A stretch of 64,000 nt of DNA. Source: Antedon mediterranea. Its lineage: Eukaryota > Animalia > Echinodermata. Each line of letters opens with the position of its first letter. Position 1 is the first letter of the stretch. This document shows positions 1 to 12,549 of this stretch, in pieces. Made by a program: the position numbers and the translations under genes. A model generated the notes under the pieces. That model had not been told where the DNA came from. It did not search any database and worked only from the letters and a program-made list of their open reading frames with translations. The DNA lies in NCBI RefSeq assembly GCF_964355755.1, contig NC_092675.1, positions 14,604,912 through 14,668,911 on the forward strand. Reading direction: 5' to 3'.

Positions 1-289
1 CTTCTAGCATTCTGAAAAGAATTCTGTTGGGCTCGACGTTTCTATCAAAATGTTTAATCGTCCTCTGGGGTCAACAATACTTTCTAGCATTATAAGCAAA
101 AATACAATTACAAACAGTGAAGTATTTGTTTTAAACCCAATAATGAAACAATTTAAAGCTATTGCATAACATTACTGTCCAAGGTTAAGTTGTGTAGAGA
201 TATGTTTTTTGTTTGAAACAATAACATTAGTACTAATAATAGTATTTCTGATCATCTTTTAACCAAATTTTCTATTAGAATGAATGTAA

Positions 290-973
290 ATATGTATATT
301 TCGAACAATTTGATACCAAATTTAAGTTTCTACGACCAGTACTTAAAGAGTTGAAGATGCCCTGGTATGTGGGTCAAAGGTCAGAAAGGGCATTTCTGAT
401 AATTTTTTACTTAAATGCCCCATTAGACTAAATATGAATGCATGCCTTCTGAAGATTTTGAGACCAACATTGACTTCCTGTGACCAGTGGTTGCCAAGAT
501 ACAAGTACCTACTGTATTTATATACATGTCCATATAACCCTTGACACTGACCCTTTGACCTTTTGTAACTTTTTTCAAAATGTGTAACAAATAACAAAAT
601 GTATATTTCGAACAATTTAAGACCAAATTCAAGTGTCTACGACCAGTAGTTACGGAGATACATACATGCCTTGGGTTGTGGGTCAAAGGCCAGAAATTGC
701 ATTTCCGGTCATTTTTACTAAAATGTCCCATTAGACTGAATATAAATGTATACCTTCTGATCAATTTGAGACCAAAATTACCTTTCTGTGACCAGTGGTT
801 GTCGAGATTTAAGGACATGTTGGTGTTTTGTATTATAACCTTTCACCCTGACCTTTTGACCTTTCGCCACATTTTCAAAATGTGTAAGCCAAAATTGATT
901 GTTTGATCATCCTAAACCAATTTCTGAAGTCAAATTCTCTGGACCTTAAAGTGCATACGAAAGTTGATCTAGC
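290..973. mobile_element. Probable Academ-like transposon end with ~300-bp internal repeats
   Basis: Repeated blocks (ttcgaacaattt..accaaatt..aagt.tctacgaccagta at ~301 and ~607) resemble the Academ TIR at 48500-48975; ends ...gatctagcta. Confidence 0.4.
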
Positions 974-1193
974 TACTAGAGTAATAAGAATTTCTTATAG
1001 AAAATATAGTTTTTATCATTGAATAGATAAAAAACTCGAAATCCAAAATACCTGTAATGACGTCATCAATATGCAAATTCCTTTTTTTTTTATACCTAAC
1101 TGTAAACTAACCCTTTGCCCATCACACACCACAAAAATAATTACACAATTATCTCAATTAGTATTTTTTTTAAATTTATTAAAATATGTTTTT

Positions 1194-1926
1194 CTTAAAT
1201 ATATATTGCGCACAGAGGTGGGAATAATGCGCCGCAGTGAAAGGGTTAATAAATTTCTTCGGTACATTTTAACCTAACGCATTTGCATTGTATACTTGCA
1301 TAATAAATCTTCCGCACATTACATCAATTTTAAGTTGTTAAATTAATGTGTAAAACCAGATATTCTACAACGGAATAGGACATGTCAATCTCCGACATCG
1401 CTGCTGTCACACATCTCGCGTCGAGCCGGCCGAAATCGAGCGAGGAAAACTAAACAATGTGTTCAAAATATGGAACGTACCATTCGCTGATAGGGTGCAT
1501 TGATGTATTAAACGGAAAATGTCACAACAAACTAGCGCGTACTTTACAGTACAATATTTTACTCACTACAATATTCACTGGATTATAATGGTTCAATCTT
1601 CGAAATTCTGAACGGGATTTACGCCTCATGCACCATTTTAAAATGTAGTTTGCACAATTACCATGCACAAAACGTTTGTAATCTATGTTTTATCGATTTC
1701 AATGTAGATTTAGCTATAATTTAATACCAAAATCCATAAAAATTTTCCATAAACAATGATTCAAAATTGGTTTTTTGTCACCAAAATTGATCTTTCGTTA
1801 CGAAAAACCTATAGAAGACGATTTTCACATCAAATTAAAGCTCATTTAAAGCCTGATAACAGAAATTTATTAACCCTTTCACTGCGGCGCATTATTCCCA
1901 CCTCTGTGCACAATATACACATTTAA
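1194..1926. repeat. ~65-bp inverted repeat pair containing a piggyBac-like TTAACCCTT terminus
   Basis: 1194-1258 is the reverse complement of 1861-1926 (cacagaggtgggaataatgcgccgcagtgaaagggttaataaatttct). Confidence 0.75.
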
Positions 1927-1931
1927 AGCCT

Positions 1932-2230
1932 AAAGCCTTGACGCAACTAATTGGGAGGTTTTCACGGAATCGGCAAGTGATATTGATGAACTAACTGCGA
2001 CTGTTTACGCATATATAACTTTTTGTGAAAGCCTAACTATCCCAACAAAACAAGTTATACTTTTTTCTAATGACAAACCCTGGATTGATCAGGGTGTAAA
2101 AGCTGCCATTAGAAATAAAAGATTGGCTTATCTTAGTAATGATGTAACTGAAAAAACTAAACGTAAACTTAAATCAAGTATTAAAAAAGGCAAACAAAGA
2201 TTTAAAAAGAGAATTGAAACACATTTCCAC
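1932..2230 (+). pseudogene. Rex1/Babar-type LINE ORF2 fragment
   Basis: Translates LDATNWEVF..DIDELT..V.AYITFCE...PTKQV..FSNDKPWI, the typical Rex1 linker between APE and RT. Confidence 0.7.
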
Positions 2231-2546
2231 GAAAAAAAAAATTTCTCCCAACATTAGTCCGTATTAGATCTCTTTACACTCGAACTGGCAGATATAGAAA
2301 GTCATTTATTCCGAACTCCATAACTATATATAACAGTAAAACATCTAGATAAGATTAGTATTACTATAAATGTGTCTTACCATATTGTAAGCATCATGAC
2401 AATTAGTTATTGGAATCTCTCTCTCTTTGCATCTTTTTTCACATTTTAAATATTTTATATATTTGACAATATAGCAGCGCATTCATTTTTTCACGAAGTG
2501 CACAAAAAAAGTGCTAAGAAACCTGATTATTACTCAAATTATAATA

Positions 2547-3230
2547 TACTGTAAAGCCCAACATTTTCGCGGCCCTAAATTTTCGCGATTTTACATTGTA
2601 AACTATTTCGCAACAAAAACAATGAAAGGACAGGACGCCGACCGGATGGATCTCTGTGGTGGTGAAGAGCATGACGATGGTATTTTTGCCGTTTGCTAAA
2701 CACCACAAGCTAGGCTTACGCACGTAAAATAATTACTTTATGGAAACATTACAACTTATATAAGGATTTGTCAAGCAAGTACACTATACATTTCATAAAA
2801 AATTACCCAAGAAATGACGTAAGCTTTTTTATACCAATTTGAACATTATTTTAGCGATCAATCCCTCCACGGCGCCATGTGTGTCAATCTCTGTGAAGAG
2901 GAATTTCATCATTGTTTTGAGCAAGGCAGCGCAGGTTGAGTAGGGCCTAGCATTTTTGGTTGGTTGCAATTTGTTTTAATTACACCTCAACAAACAATAT
3001 AAATAATAATCGAGATTCGTAAATGGTTCAAAGAATACACTATACTATTTTATATTCATTTTTTCCATATTTAGTCTAGGCCCTAGGCCTGGCTAACTAA
3101 GGCTAGGCCTAGGCCTGATTGACTGTAAACAACATCGTTGGAAATTTCACGATTTTCCTACACCCTTTATTTTCGCGATCGTTGTTCAATCGCGAAAGTC
3201 GCGAAAATAAAGGGGGATCAAACATTTTAG
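2547..3230. mobile_element. Tc1/mariner-type MITE remnant
   Basis: TACTGTA start; ttttcgcg / cgcgaaaa subterminal motifs at both ends; right TIR incomplete. Confidence 0.4.
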
Positions 3231-3267
3231 ATGCAAAGCAAGTGCAAACCTAGCGGTTGTTACTTAC

Positions 3268-3442
3268 GGCAATTCTGCAAGACTTTCAAAGCCCCCAAGA
3301 CTCTCAGCCAGGGTAAACAGCTTGGAAGACTGAAGGAATAATCTAGATTGATTGATTCCACCTTTGATAAAGAAGGTAACCATTCCACTGAAACCTTTCA
3401 TCTGTCTTTTTGCAAGTTCATGTTGTGGATGTGAAGGCAGGC
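3268..3442 (-). CDS. CTH: Cystathionine gamma-lyase, coding exon 7 (gene continues beyond window start)
   Basis: AG/GT bounded; GLPSHPQHELAKRQMKGFSGMVTF...LFTLAESLGGFESLAELP; 175 nt; the expected following MTH-motif exon was not found in 1-3267. Confidence 0.93.
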
Positions 3443-3668
3443 CTACAAAAAAATAAACATGGTGAAAACTATAGTATTTAAATAAATTTTACAAATACAG
3501 TAAATACAAATTTCACAAACTGGGTTTCTAACTTTATTGGGTATTCTTATAATACATACACAACATTTAAACTATTAAAAGTCATAGTCTTCTTGTTTCA
3601 ACTTTTCTGATAAATCCTGTACTTGATATCTATCTTTTATTTATCCAATTTTCTTAAGTTTACTATAC

Positions 3669-3821
3669 CTGGATATATGACCTTTGACACACAATTGTTT
3701 GTCTCCAAAAACTTTGCAACAACCATAGCATTTTTTTGGTGCTCCTTCATACGTAAATGAAGTGTCTTCAATCCCCGGTTTACAAGAAAACAATCAAATG
3801 GAGAAGGAATTGTGCCAAGAG
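3669..3821 (-). CDS. CTH: Cystathionine gamma-lyase, coding exon 6
   Basis: AG/GT bounded; ALGTIPSPFDCFLVNRGLKTLHLRMKEHQKNA...KVIYP; 153 nt. Confidence 0.95.
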
Positions 3822-4122
3822 CTTAAGTCAAGGAAACAGATGTTAAGAATAAACAGCAAAATATTATTACCATGATAAATAATATGAAATACATTTGTAA
3901 AGGTGTTTGTAAATTTTATCCATAATAACCATTAATTGGTTTTCAAATTTTATTTTAAAAATAAAATGTGCTTTATTTAAACATTTGGTTAAAATATGTT
4001 TGCTGTCAGTTTAAATACTCTTGCTGGACCTGCCTTAAAAATTAATACAAATCAATAAAACCTGGGGGAATAGAACCTGTAAATGAAGCATTTGAATGGT
4101 ATGTCTGATACATAAAACTTAC

Positions 4123-4258
4123 CAAGTTGTAGGAATTTCAGACGCTCACTAATTTCTTGGTTATTTGTCGACACTAAACCCATGACAACATCACTGTGAC
4201 CATTCATGTATTTAGTTGCTGAGCACATGGTTAAATCAGCTCCAAGATCTATGGGGCG
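4123..4258 (-). CDS. CTH: Cystathionine gamma-lyase, coding exon 5 (PLP lysine)
   Basis: AG/GT bounded; RPIDLGADLTMCSATKYMNGHSDVVMG with the PLP-binding SATKY motif; 136 nt. Confidence 0.95.
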
Positions 4259-4512
4259 CTGAAAGTGAAATAATAAAATACTATATTACACTGTAATATG
4301 ATATTGGTAGATTCCATGTCTAAATTTTCAAAGAAAACTTGAAAGGTTCAAGCACTACCTTTACTACATCTACGGCGTTGTTTTGTTAAATGGAGAATCA
4401 TAAAAGAATTGAACGGCGCTGTCTTTCATTTAGTGAAATTGTGAAGTAGCTTTACCTGTTTTTCTGTCTACTTTGTCAAACTTTGGTAACATAGTTTTAA
4501 AACACCTGATTG

Positions 4513-4716
4513 TGTATTCATTTAACATAAGATGAATCTGGCATCAAGGCAAATTAGCTATTAATAACAATTATTATTATTAACAATTTCCTTAACAATT
4601 TTAATTTATGTACTAGAATACACACCTGAAAATAACTTGAGCATGTATTCATTTAACATAAGATGAATCTGGCATCAAGGCAAATTAGCTATTAATATCA
4701 ATTATTATTATTAATA
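4513..4716. repeat. ~131-bp tandem duplication including the 3' end and splice donor of CTH exon 4
   Basis: 4513-4567 repeats at 4644-4697; 4576-4642 matches 16085-16151 with one mismatch. Confidence 0.85.
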
Positions 4717-6926
4717 CTAGAGGGTGAGCTCGCTTCGCTCGCTCCCCCTCTAGGAAGTGTAGACGATGGTTCTCAGAATGATAATGTTCTCCTTATACAT
4801 TTTCTGTCGGTTACCATTATTGAAAATGCTTGACATTCGTAAAACTAAACTACTTTGTTTCACAGTGTTTTAGATGATTAATAACATTTTAAAGTATAGT
4901 TTTTATTGTTTGGTAGGGCCCTTTGGGGAGGCGGAGGTCATTTGAGGGAGGTGCTTATTCGAGGGATATTTGTTAAATTTTTTAGTTTTAATATAAATAT
5001 GGTAACATTTATAATCAAATGAAATCCTCTAATAGATATGAAAAGTGGTAAAAAAGAATAACAAATGCTTGGTAAATTGTAGATAACAGTGCGGTGAATT
5101 CTACTACAAATAGTATAATTGTGTTATTATAAATATGTGGATGGACGTTTATTAGATAGTTGGGTTGGGGGGGGGGGGTTTATTATTCAAAGTGATGTTT
5201 TATTGGAGAGGCGTTTATTCAAATGAATACCATCCTAATAATTATTAATACATTATTTAATTTAATCATCTTTTGAAACTAACTGCCGTGACAGAGTGGG
5301 CCCAAGAAAGAAGACATTACGGCTTGCAACATGGGCAGACATCTCGGTCCTAACGGGACACAGGAAGATAGCCTACAGTTATTCCTGCAAGCTTACTCAA
5401 TAAAACTCAGCTATCGGGATTTCACTCGAAAAATGTCTTATCATCAAATCTCCCTATGTAATTTCATAATACTATTCCCCACAATATATTCTGATTCTAT
5501 ATGGCGTATATTTAATTTGATCTTTATTAATTTGCAGTATAATTTCTATTATTTAACTACTGTACCTTCACACACGCGCGGTATGTTTTAAAATAAACAA
5601 AAAACTGAAATGGCTATGACTAATGGCCAACTTAAGCTCCAGTCCTACTATCTGATTTTTTTTTCGTCTTCCAAAGGGACACTGTATTGATTGATGGAAA
5701 ATGCCTGTTTCCAGTCACCTTTAGGGTCAAATCTATTATTTTAACTGCTCCCTTGTGTATAAAAGAGAGAAAATATTTGAAACCAGGTTGTTGCAAGGTA
5801 AACTTATCTTAGGCCCTGTTCAGACCCATGGCGTTAGACCGTTTTTGTGTACAACGTTACTATCAAGGTCACGTTACAAACCGCAGAGAAAAAAACGAGG
5901 TGTTCAGACCCATAGCGTACGATTATCATTACAACGGAAGGACGTCATCCAGGTTGTTTCTAGTTGCATATTCATGTACCCACATGTTTTCATCATTATT
6001 TCCACTGTATATAGGCCTAGATCTCGGCCCTACAATTATGACAAAATTTGCCGTAAATAAAACATACCTCAGCATTTATTTAAGAAAAATATAGTAAAGC
6101 CAAATTTCTGTTTCTATTGTTTTTATCTTGTAGTAAAAAACATTTTCCCCAGGCTCTTGTGTTACGAAAATAAAGCAGGCCTCGTAATGATGAAGAAAAA
6201 AATGATTGTGATTAGTCTAGCCAGTCCAGTCAAAGATATATATTCTTTGGTCCAGTCGGTTGAAAATAACCCTTAACTTGCTAATAAAAGGGACACAGCT
6301 CCCCTTGTTTGTTTACTGATTTTTTTAGGAGTTAGGGGGTTTTCAGCATTAAACTTGTCCAGTCTAGTCTGCCTTGTATGAATGAGTGACTTGATGTCCC
6401 ACGCTAGTTTTTAGCTTGAATGAAATGCGTGAATGGCTCTAGGCCTAGCTAGGCCTAAAAGCGGATGGGATCATAGTCCCTATTTTATTTATTTACCAGA
6501 TTTCTATAGCGCCCTTTTCATGAAAACTCATGCTCAAAGGCGCTTCACATCATAAAGACAAACATCATAAACAATAATTACAAAAGTAACCTCAAATTAT
6601 TCGAAATAAGATTTCTTAAACTAAGTTATAAATATTCTTACTGTACATTAATTAAAATCGCATAAAATAGAAAAATAAAATGAACGATATACAAAATAGG
6701 TCGGAATTTCTTAAACTACGATTACAAAAATACAATTTATTTACATATTAATTATTATTTAATTTATTTATTTTATTTATTTATTTATTTTTTTTAATTT
6801 TAATTTAATTTAATTAAATTGATTAAAAATATTATTGCACAGTAATTGACCAAACAAATTGCAGTAGAAAAATACACGATTACAAAAATAGGCATCAATA
6901 TACTATATACTATATTCAAATTGAAA

Positions 6927-8940
6927 TCAATCATTGTTGTAGTATGACACAAATAAGTGTGTTTTAAGTTCCCCCTTAAAAATGTTCAAGGAAGAAGCAC
7001 TGCGGAGCTGGTATGGAAGAGCATTCCATAGAGTCGGCGCGGCCTTCATGAAACACCTTTCACCATACGATTTGGTTTTAACTCTAGGAACACATAAAGT
7101 AAAAGAATCCTGTGATCGTAATGGCCTATTTGGTTGATAAACCTTCAGCATATCATTGATGTAAGTCGGCTCCTGATCATGCAATGCCTTGAAGGTGTGT
7201 ACAAGTAACTTATACTTTATGCGTGCCTGCACCGGTAGCCAATGGAGCTCCTTTAAAATAGGTGTAATGTGGTCATATTTACAGGTTTTCGTAATTATTC
7301 GCACTGCCGTATTCTGGACTTTTTGTAATTTATCAATAGTTGTAGTCGGCAGACCATAAAGTAAGGCGTTACAATAGTCCATACGAGAGATCACCAGCGA
7401 CTGTATCAATGATTTCGTGGCATCATATGTTAGATGACGTCGGATATGAGAGATGTTACGTAAGTGCATATAACACTGCCTCGAGATCGATTGTACATGT
7501 GAATCCATAGTAAGATGTTTGTCGAATATTACTCCGAGGTCTCTCACAGTCGACGTTGGTTTTAGAACTATGTTTCCGACATTCACGTTCAAATTTATAC
7601 TGGTCTTAGTGTACCGTGACGAAAAGAGTATCACTTCCGTTTTTCCTTCATTTAATTTCAGTATGTTTTGGGTCATCCATACCTTGACATCTGAAACACA
7701 TTTTTCCATCGAAATTAGAGCAGATTGTATTTCTGACTTGTCATTTGGGCGAAAAGAAACGTACATTTGCGTATCATCCGCATACAACTGGTAGCCGAGT
7801 CCATGTCGCCGAAGGATGTCTCCAATGGGCTTTGTGTACATCGAATAAAACTTTGGTCCAAGGACCGATCCTTGCGGTACTCCATATTTAAGGGGAAGTG
7901 GATTCGAACGCGCATTATTAATGAACACTGATTGATAACGATCCTTCAGATAAGATGAAATCCATGCTAGGGCATTTCCACGTACTCCAAAATGATGATA
8001 AAGCCGTTGAAGTAGTGTCTGATGGTCGATCGTATCAAAGGCGGCTGAAAGGTCAAGTAGTATAAGCGCAGAAGCGTAACCCTTGTCTAGAGACGTGATA
8101 ATGTCACTTTGGACCTTCAGAAGGGCAGTCTCCGTTGAGTGAAATTTCCTGTATGCCGACTGATTGCACTCATGAACGCCATTAATTACAATGTGTTCTT
8201 CTAGGCTTGCGTCAACAACTTTTTCAAGGATTTTGGACATGAATGGTAAGTTAGATACAGGTCTATAGTTCTTGAGAGTCTCCGGATCTAGGTTACATTT
8301 CTTTATGAGAGGTTTAAGAAGCGCCTGTTTAAAATCACGTGGAACGTAACCCGTCTGTAGTGATGCATTGACGATAGCTGTTATCAAAGGCAGAAGTTCT
8401 TCAAGGCACTCCTTCAGGAGCCATGTCGGTAGAGGATCTAATTCACATGACTTACTCTTTGATTTTAGGATGATTGTTCGCACTTCGTCTAGAGAAACCG
8501 TCGTATATTCCACTAATGGTGTTGCATCAAACGTGGTCTCTCCAGGATCTCTCTCTTGAACATTAACTTTGTCAACATTCGCCGATATATCATGACGAAT
8601 ATCTGCAATTTTAGAATTAAAGAATGAAATAAAGTCCTCGGAGAGTTCTTTGGCGCATGTGCGTTTCGGTAGAGTCGGGTCATCAGTTTCACCGAATAGA
8701 TGTCTTGACAACTTAAATAAACATTTTTGATTTCGATCACAGGCAGCTATCTTTTCAGAATAGTAATCGATTCTAGATTTATGTAGTAGTCGATTTACGA
8801 TTGAGCACTGACCACGATAGTGTTGATGATCGACTGCGAGTTTGGTCTTGCGCCATTTGCGCTCTAATTTCCGTCGAAGATGCTTGGCTTCGTGGAGATG
8901 ATCAGTGTACCAAGGACAATTAGGTCTCTGCACGATAACC
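6927..8940 (-). CDS. L2 ORF, C-terminal part (reverse transcriptase)
   Basis: 668-aa ORF with RT motifs; in frame with 12550-13724 once the Harbinger is removed. Confidence 0.9.
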
Positions 8941-9099
8941 TAAAGCCTATTTTACACTAGACGAATTTATTCGCGCGACGCGAATTATTTGGCCGCGAAA
9001 AAGTTCGCGCGATTGTATATTTTATTTTACACTAGCAATTCGTGATTCGATTCGCTCGGTAGTTTTCGCGCCATTAGCGGTGATTAGCGCGAAATTAAA

Positions 9100-10431
9100 A
9101 TGGCTGCAGTGAATGTTAGACAACTTTTACTTATAAAATCACGATTATTAACTATGTTAATACTAAGGAGGAGACAACAGACACGGATGCAGCGATTTAG
9201 AAGAAGACGACGGTTTTGGGTAAGGAAGATATATGAAGAACGTGAGCAAAAGGGAGAATTCCATCTTCTCGTTCAGGAACTGAAACTGCACGATGCAGAA
9301 TACTTCTTTCGGTGTTTTAGAATGTCTCCAGAATTGTATGAACACCTCTTGAGTTTAGTAGGTCCACATATTCAGAAATCTACGACTAAAATGAGACAGC
9401 CCATCGGCCCAAGTGAACAATTTACAGTTTGTCTGAGATACTTAGTGACTGGAGATGCACAAGTAACAATAGGTGCAAGTTACCGCATGAGCCCAGCAAC
9501 AGTAGGAATTATAATAAATGAAACGTGTAATGTTCTCTGGACGGTCCTAAACCAGGAAGGTTATATAAAACACCCATCGTCAGAGGATGAATGGAAATGC
9601 ATTGCCAAAGATTTTTCTGATCACTGGAATTTCCCAAACTGTCTGGGTGCCATAGATGGGAAACATGTTGTCTTGCAAGCACCAGCAAATTCTGGATCAG
9701 CCTATTTTAATTATAAGAAAACATTTAGCATCGTACTCATGGCAGTCTGTGATTCAAATTATCAATTTACTTTGGTAGATATTGGGGATAGCGGTCGGCA
9801 AAGCGATGGAAGTGTGTATAATAATAGTCATTTGGGGTATGCAATTGAAAATAATTTGTTACACATCCCAGGACCACGACGGCTCCCAAATTCAGACAAA
9901 CGTCTTCCATTTGTATTTATTGGAGACGATGCATTTGGATTGAAACCCCATATGATGAAACCATTTCCGTCACAGAATTTGTCTATGGATAAACGCGTCT
10001 TTAATTATCGGTTGTCTAGAGCAAGAAGGGTGATCGAGAACACTTTTGGAATAGCTGCAAGTAGATTCAGAATATTACGAAGGCCCATTATTGCCAGTGT
10101 ACAAAAAGTAATCCTAATCACAAAAGCCATTGTTGTACTTCATAACTTTTTGATGAAAACAAATGCAATTAATAATAACAATTATTGTCCACCAAACTTT
10201 GTTGACCGTGACGGACCATCCGGATTTAGAGGAGGGGATTGGAGAAAAGACAACGATGCTATTGGGGGATTGCAACCTATGCAGCGACTTGGTTCTAACA
10301 ATTATTCAAACAATGCTGCTACAGTCCGACAAGACTATATGCATTATTTCAATAATGAAGGGCAAGTAGAATGGCAATGGCAACTGGTGAATCGTACTGT
10401 AACTTCACGTGATGTGTCTTTAGATGAATGA
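9100..10431 (+). CDS. Harbinger DDE transposase (HARBI1-like), 443 aa
   Basis: Intact ORF; GAIDGKH, IGDDAF and RRVIENTFG catalytic motifs. Confidence 0.95.
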   Translation: MAAVNVRQLLLIKSRLLTMLILRRRQQTRMQRFRRRRRFWVRKIYEEREQKGEFHLLVQELKLHDAEYFFRCFRMSPELYEHLLSLVGPHIQKSTTKMRQPIGPSEQFTVCLRYLVTGDAQVTIGASYRMSPATVGIIINETCNVLWTVLNQEGYIKHPSSEDEWKCIAKDFSDHWNFPNCLGAIDGKHVVLQAPANSGSAYFNYKKTFSIVLMAVCDSNYQFTLVDIGDSGRQSDGSVYNNSHLGYAIENNLLHIPGPRRLPNSDKRLPFVFIGDDAFGLKPHMMKPFPSQNLSMDKRVFNYRLSRARRVIENTFGIAASRFRILRRPIIASVQKVILITKAIVVLHNFLMKTNAINNNNYCPPNFVDRDGPSGFRGGDWRKDNDAIGGLQPMQRLGSNNYSNNAATVRQDYMHYFNNEGQVEWQWQLVNRTVTSRDVSLDE

Positions 10432-10964
10432 ACTACTGGAGAGTGATTTATCAACGTTGACAACTATTTTATTTTAACATGATACAATACAATACAAAAC
10501 TAAACTCAATTGTGACTACACTGGCATCAGTGAATGTTCATCACATTTACATTTAAGTATAGGAAAAATGGTTGCAGTACTCAAACTTTAACTAATTTTA
10601 AGAGTAAAATAAAAACATGAATGCTATAGCCTATAAAAGAGTAATTACATGCACAAATGTAACACTAAACTAACTAATTTCTATTGATTTACCATTTTGT
10701 ATGTAATGTACAAGCTTCACAATTATTTGAAATAAAATGCATTGTATTCGAGGTTGTACCGATATGTTATTATTGTATATTGTATTTCAGGATCTTGTCT
10801 CGAGCAAGGGACAAGACATCTGTTAACGATTGTGCAACAGGGTTTGATTAACCCAGTCCAACAGACATCAGTGAATTTTACTGAGGCCAAACAAAAACAT
10901 TTGTTGCCAAATATAGACATAATATGAAAGTTAATTAATGACATTCTATCTATAGGCCTACATG

Positions 10965-12266
10965 TTATTCAAAGTCAAATTCTAAGTCAAATAACAACTG
11001 GCTGACTTTGATCATCGCAAGTCTTCTTTTTCTTAACGGCAGTGACGAGATGATCGGAATGAGGCTTCTACAATACAAAGACACCTCGTTATCATTGTCT
11101 GGTTTTGTGGTCAGCGACATTATCGCTTCATTTGTTGTTTCCAGGTTTTGTAGTAGAATTGTATTTAGTGGATCCGATGACTGACGCCCCTTTGACCCGT
11201 GTCTGTTTTTAGGAGGGGGTGCTGGTGTTTCAGTAATTTTTCGTTTGGCACAAACAATCGGATTGTTAATACTAGTATCACTGGACGTTGATGCAACATC
11301 TTCAATGATCCCTGGTTCTGGTTGAAGGTTGCTTTCGGTGGGTTTGTTAGCTGTGCGGTCATGTAAAAACCTCATTTGCTCGAAATACTTGCACTTTGGC
11401 AACACCGATGCGCCAGCACCAGATCTCGTCAGTTTGGTTCGCTTGTCTAGGCATTTCTTCAAACTGTCTTTGAGGTTCTTCATTTGTTTCTGCAAGAACT
11501 CAACTGAAAACAATTAAAAATGTATTTATTTACATTTTATTTGTTTAATACTTGAATGATCAAAATGGTTACTTATATAACTTATAGCAGTAAGCTGTCA
11601 TTTATATACCATTACCAGCTAAATATTAGTATTTATTAATATAATTCATATTATGGTTTATTTTACTGTTTACAATTTATTACATTTCTGGTCTGGATTA
11701 TATTTTTTGCATATATATTTTGCAATAAATATTGAAGAAATTTCACACAAAAAACATAATTTAAATGAGTTCTAGGACGGGTAGAATAGCAAATGTTTAC
11801 TCTGTACACCTCGACCGAGGGCCCTTTTGGCGGCCCCCTGGCCCCCAGCCAACAATGGTGCTCGCTGCGCTTGCAACCTGACCACGCTACGGCCCTGATG
11901 ATTAACCATCGTTTTCATATTAATCACAGACTGATATTTTTATTTACGAAACTAAAATTATAGAACAGTAGTATACCTAGGCCTAGGCTAGGCCTAGTAC
12001 TACTTACCGTCTTTGTTAAAGACTTGCCCTATTTTCACCCAGGCAGTTTGTTTCATCGGCCTGTTCTTATAGCCCTCACAGTGAGTGTCCCAGAGACATC
12101 TATATTTTCTGACCACTTCCAAGAACAGTTCCTTGTCAAATTCTAGTGCAAAATTTGGCTCTTCGATGTTTTCCTCGATATCAGTAGCATCAATTGTACT
12201 ACTATAAATTGAACTAGTAGTACTAGTATCACCGAACCATGACATATTATTATTATTTTCATCCAT
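10965..12266 (-). CDS. Harbinger MADF (Myb/SANT) DNA-binding protein with BESS-like tail; exons 12008-12266 and 10965-11503
   Basis: FLEVVRKYRCLWD..Y.N...K..AW MADF motif; GT-AG intron; the spliced frame gives 265 aa. Confidence 0.88.
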
Positions 12267-12549
12267 TTTTTTCTCGGGGGGGGGATGAGGAATAAAAGGT
12301 CAGGTCTGGTCAGGTTACAAGTATGACGTCGAAATCTCTATCGATTTGATTGGCTTGCGCTTTATTTCGCTGCGACGATCAACGAAAAAGTTAAAACTGG
12401 TCGAACTCACTTTTTCGTCGCGGCGAAAAATTGCGAGCTGCTAGAGCGATGCAGCGAAGGTGACGTTTCAAGGAAAAAACAAACAGCGCATGCGTATCCT
12501 CGAAATAATTCGCGTCGCGCGAATAAATTCGCCTAGTGTAAAATAGGCT

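Larger units (their letters stand above)
8944..12549. mobile_element. Autonomous PIF/Harbinger transposon
   Basis: ~47-bp TIR agcctattttacactag(a/g)cgaatttattcgcgcgacgcgaattattt; flanks TAA and TTA; convergent transposase and Myb/SANT genes. Confidence 0.95.

Noticed and set aside
343-906. Overlapping ORFs at the window start as the missing CTH 3' exon
   Set aside because: They lack the C-terminal CTH motifs (MTH, RLSVG) and lie in repeat sequence.
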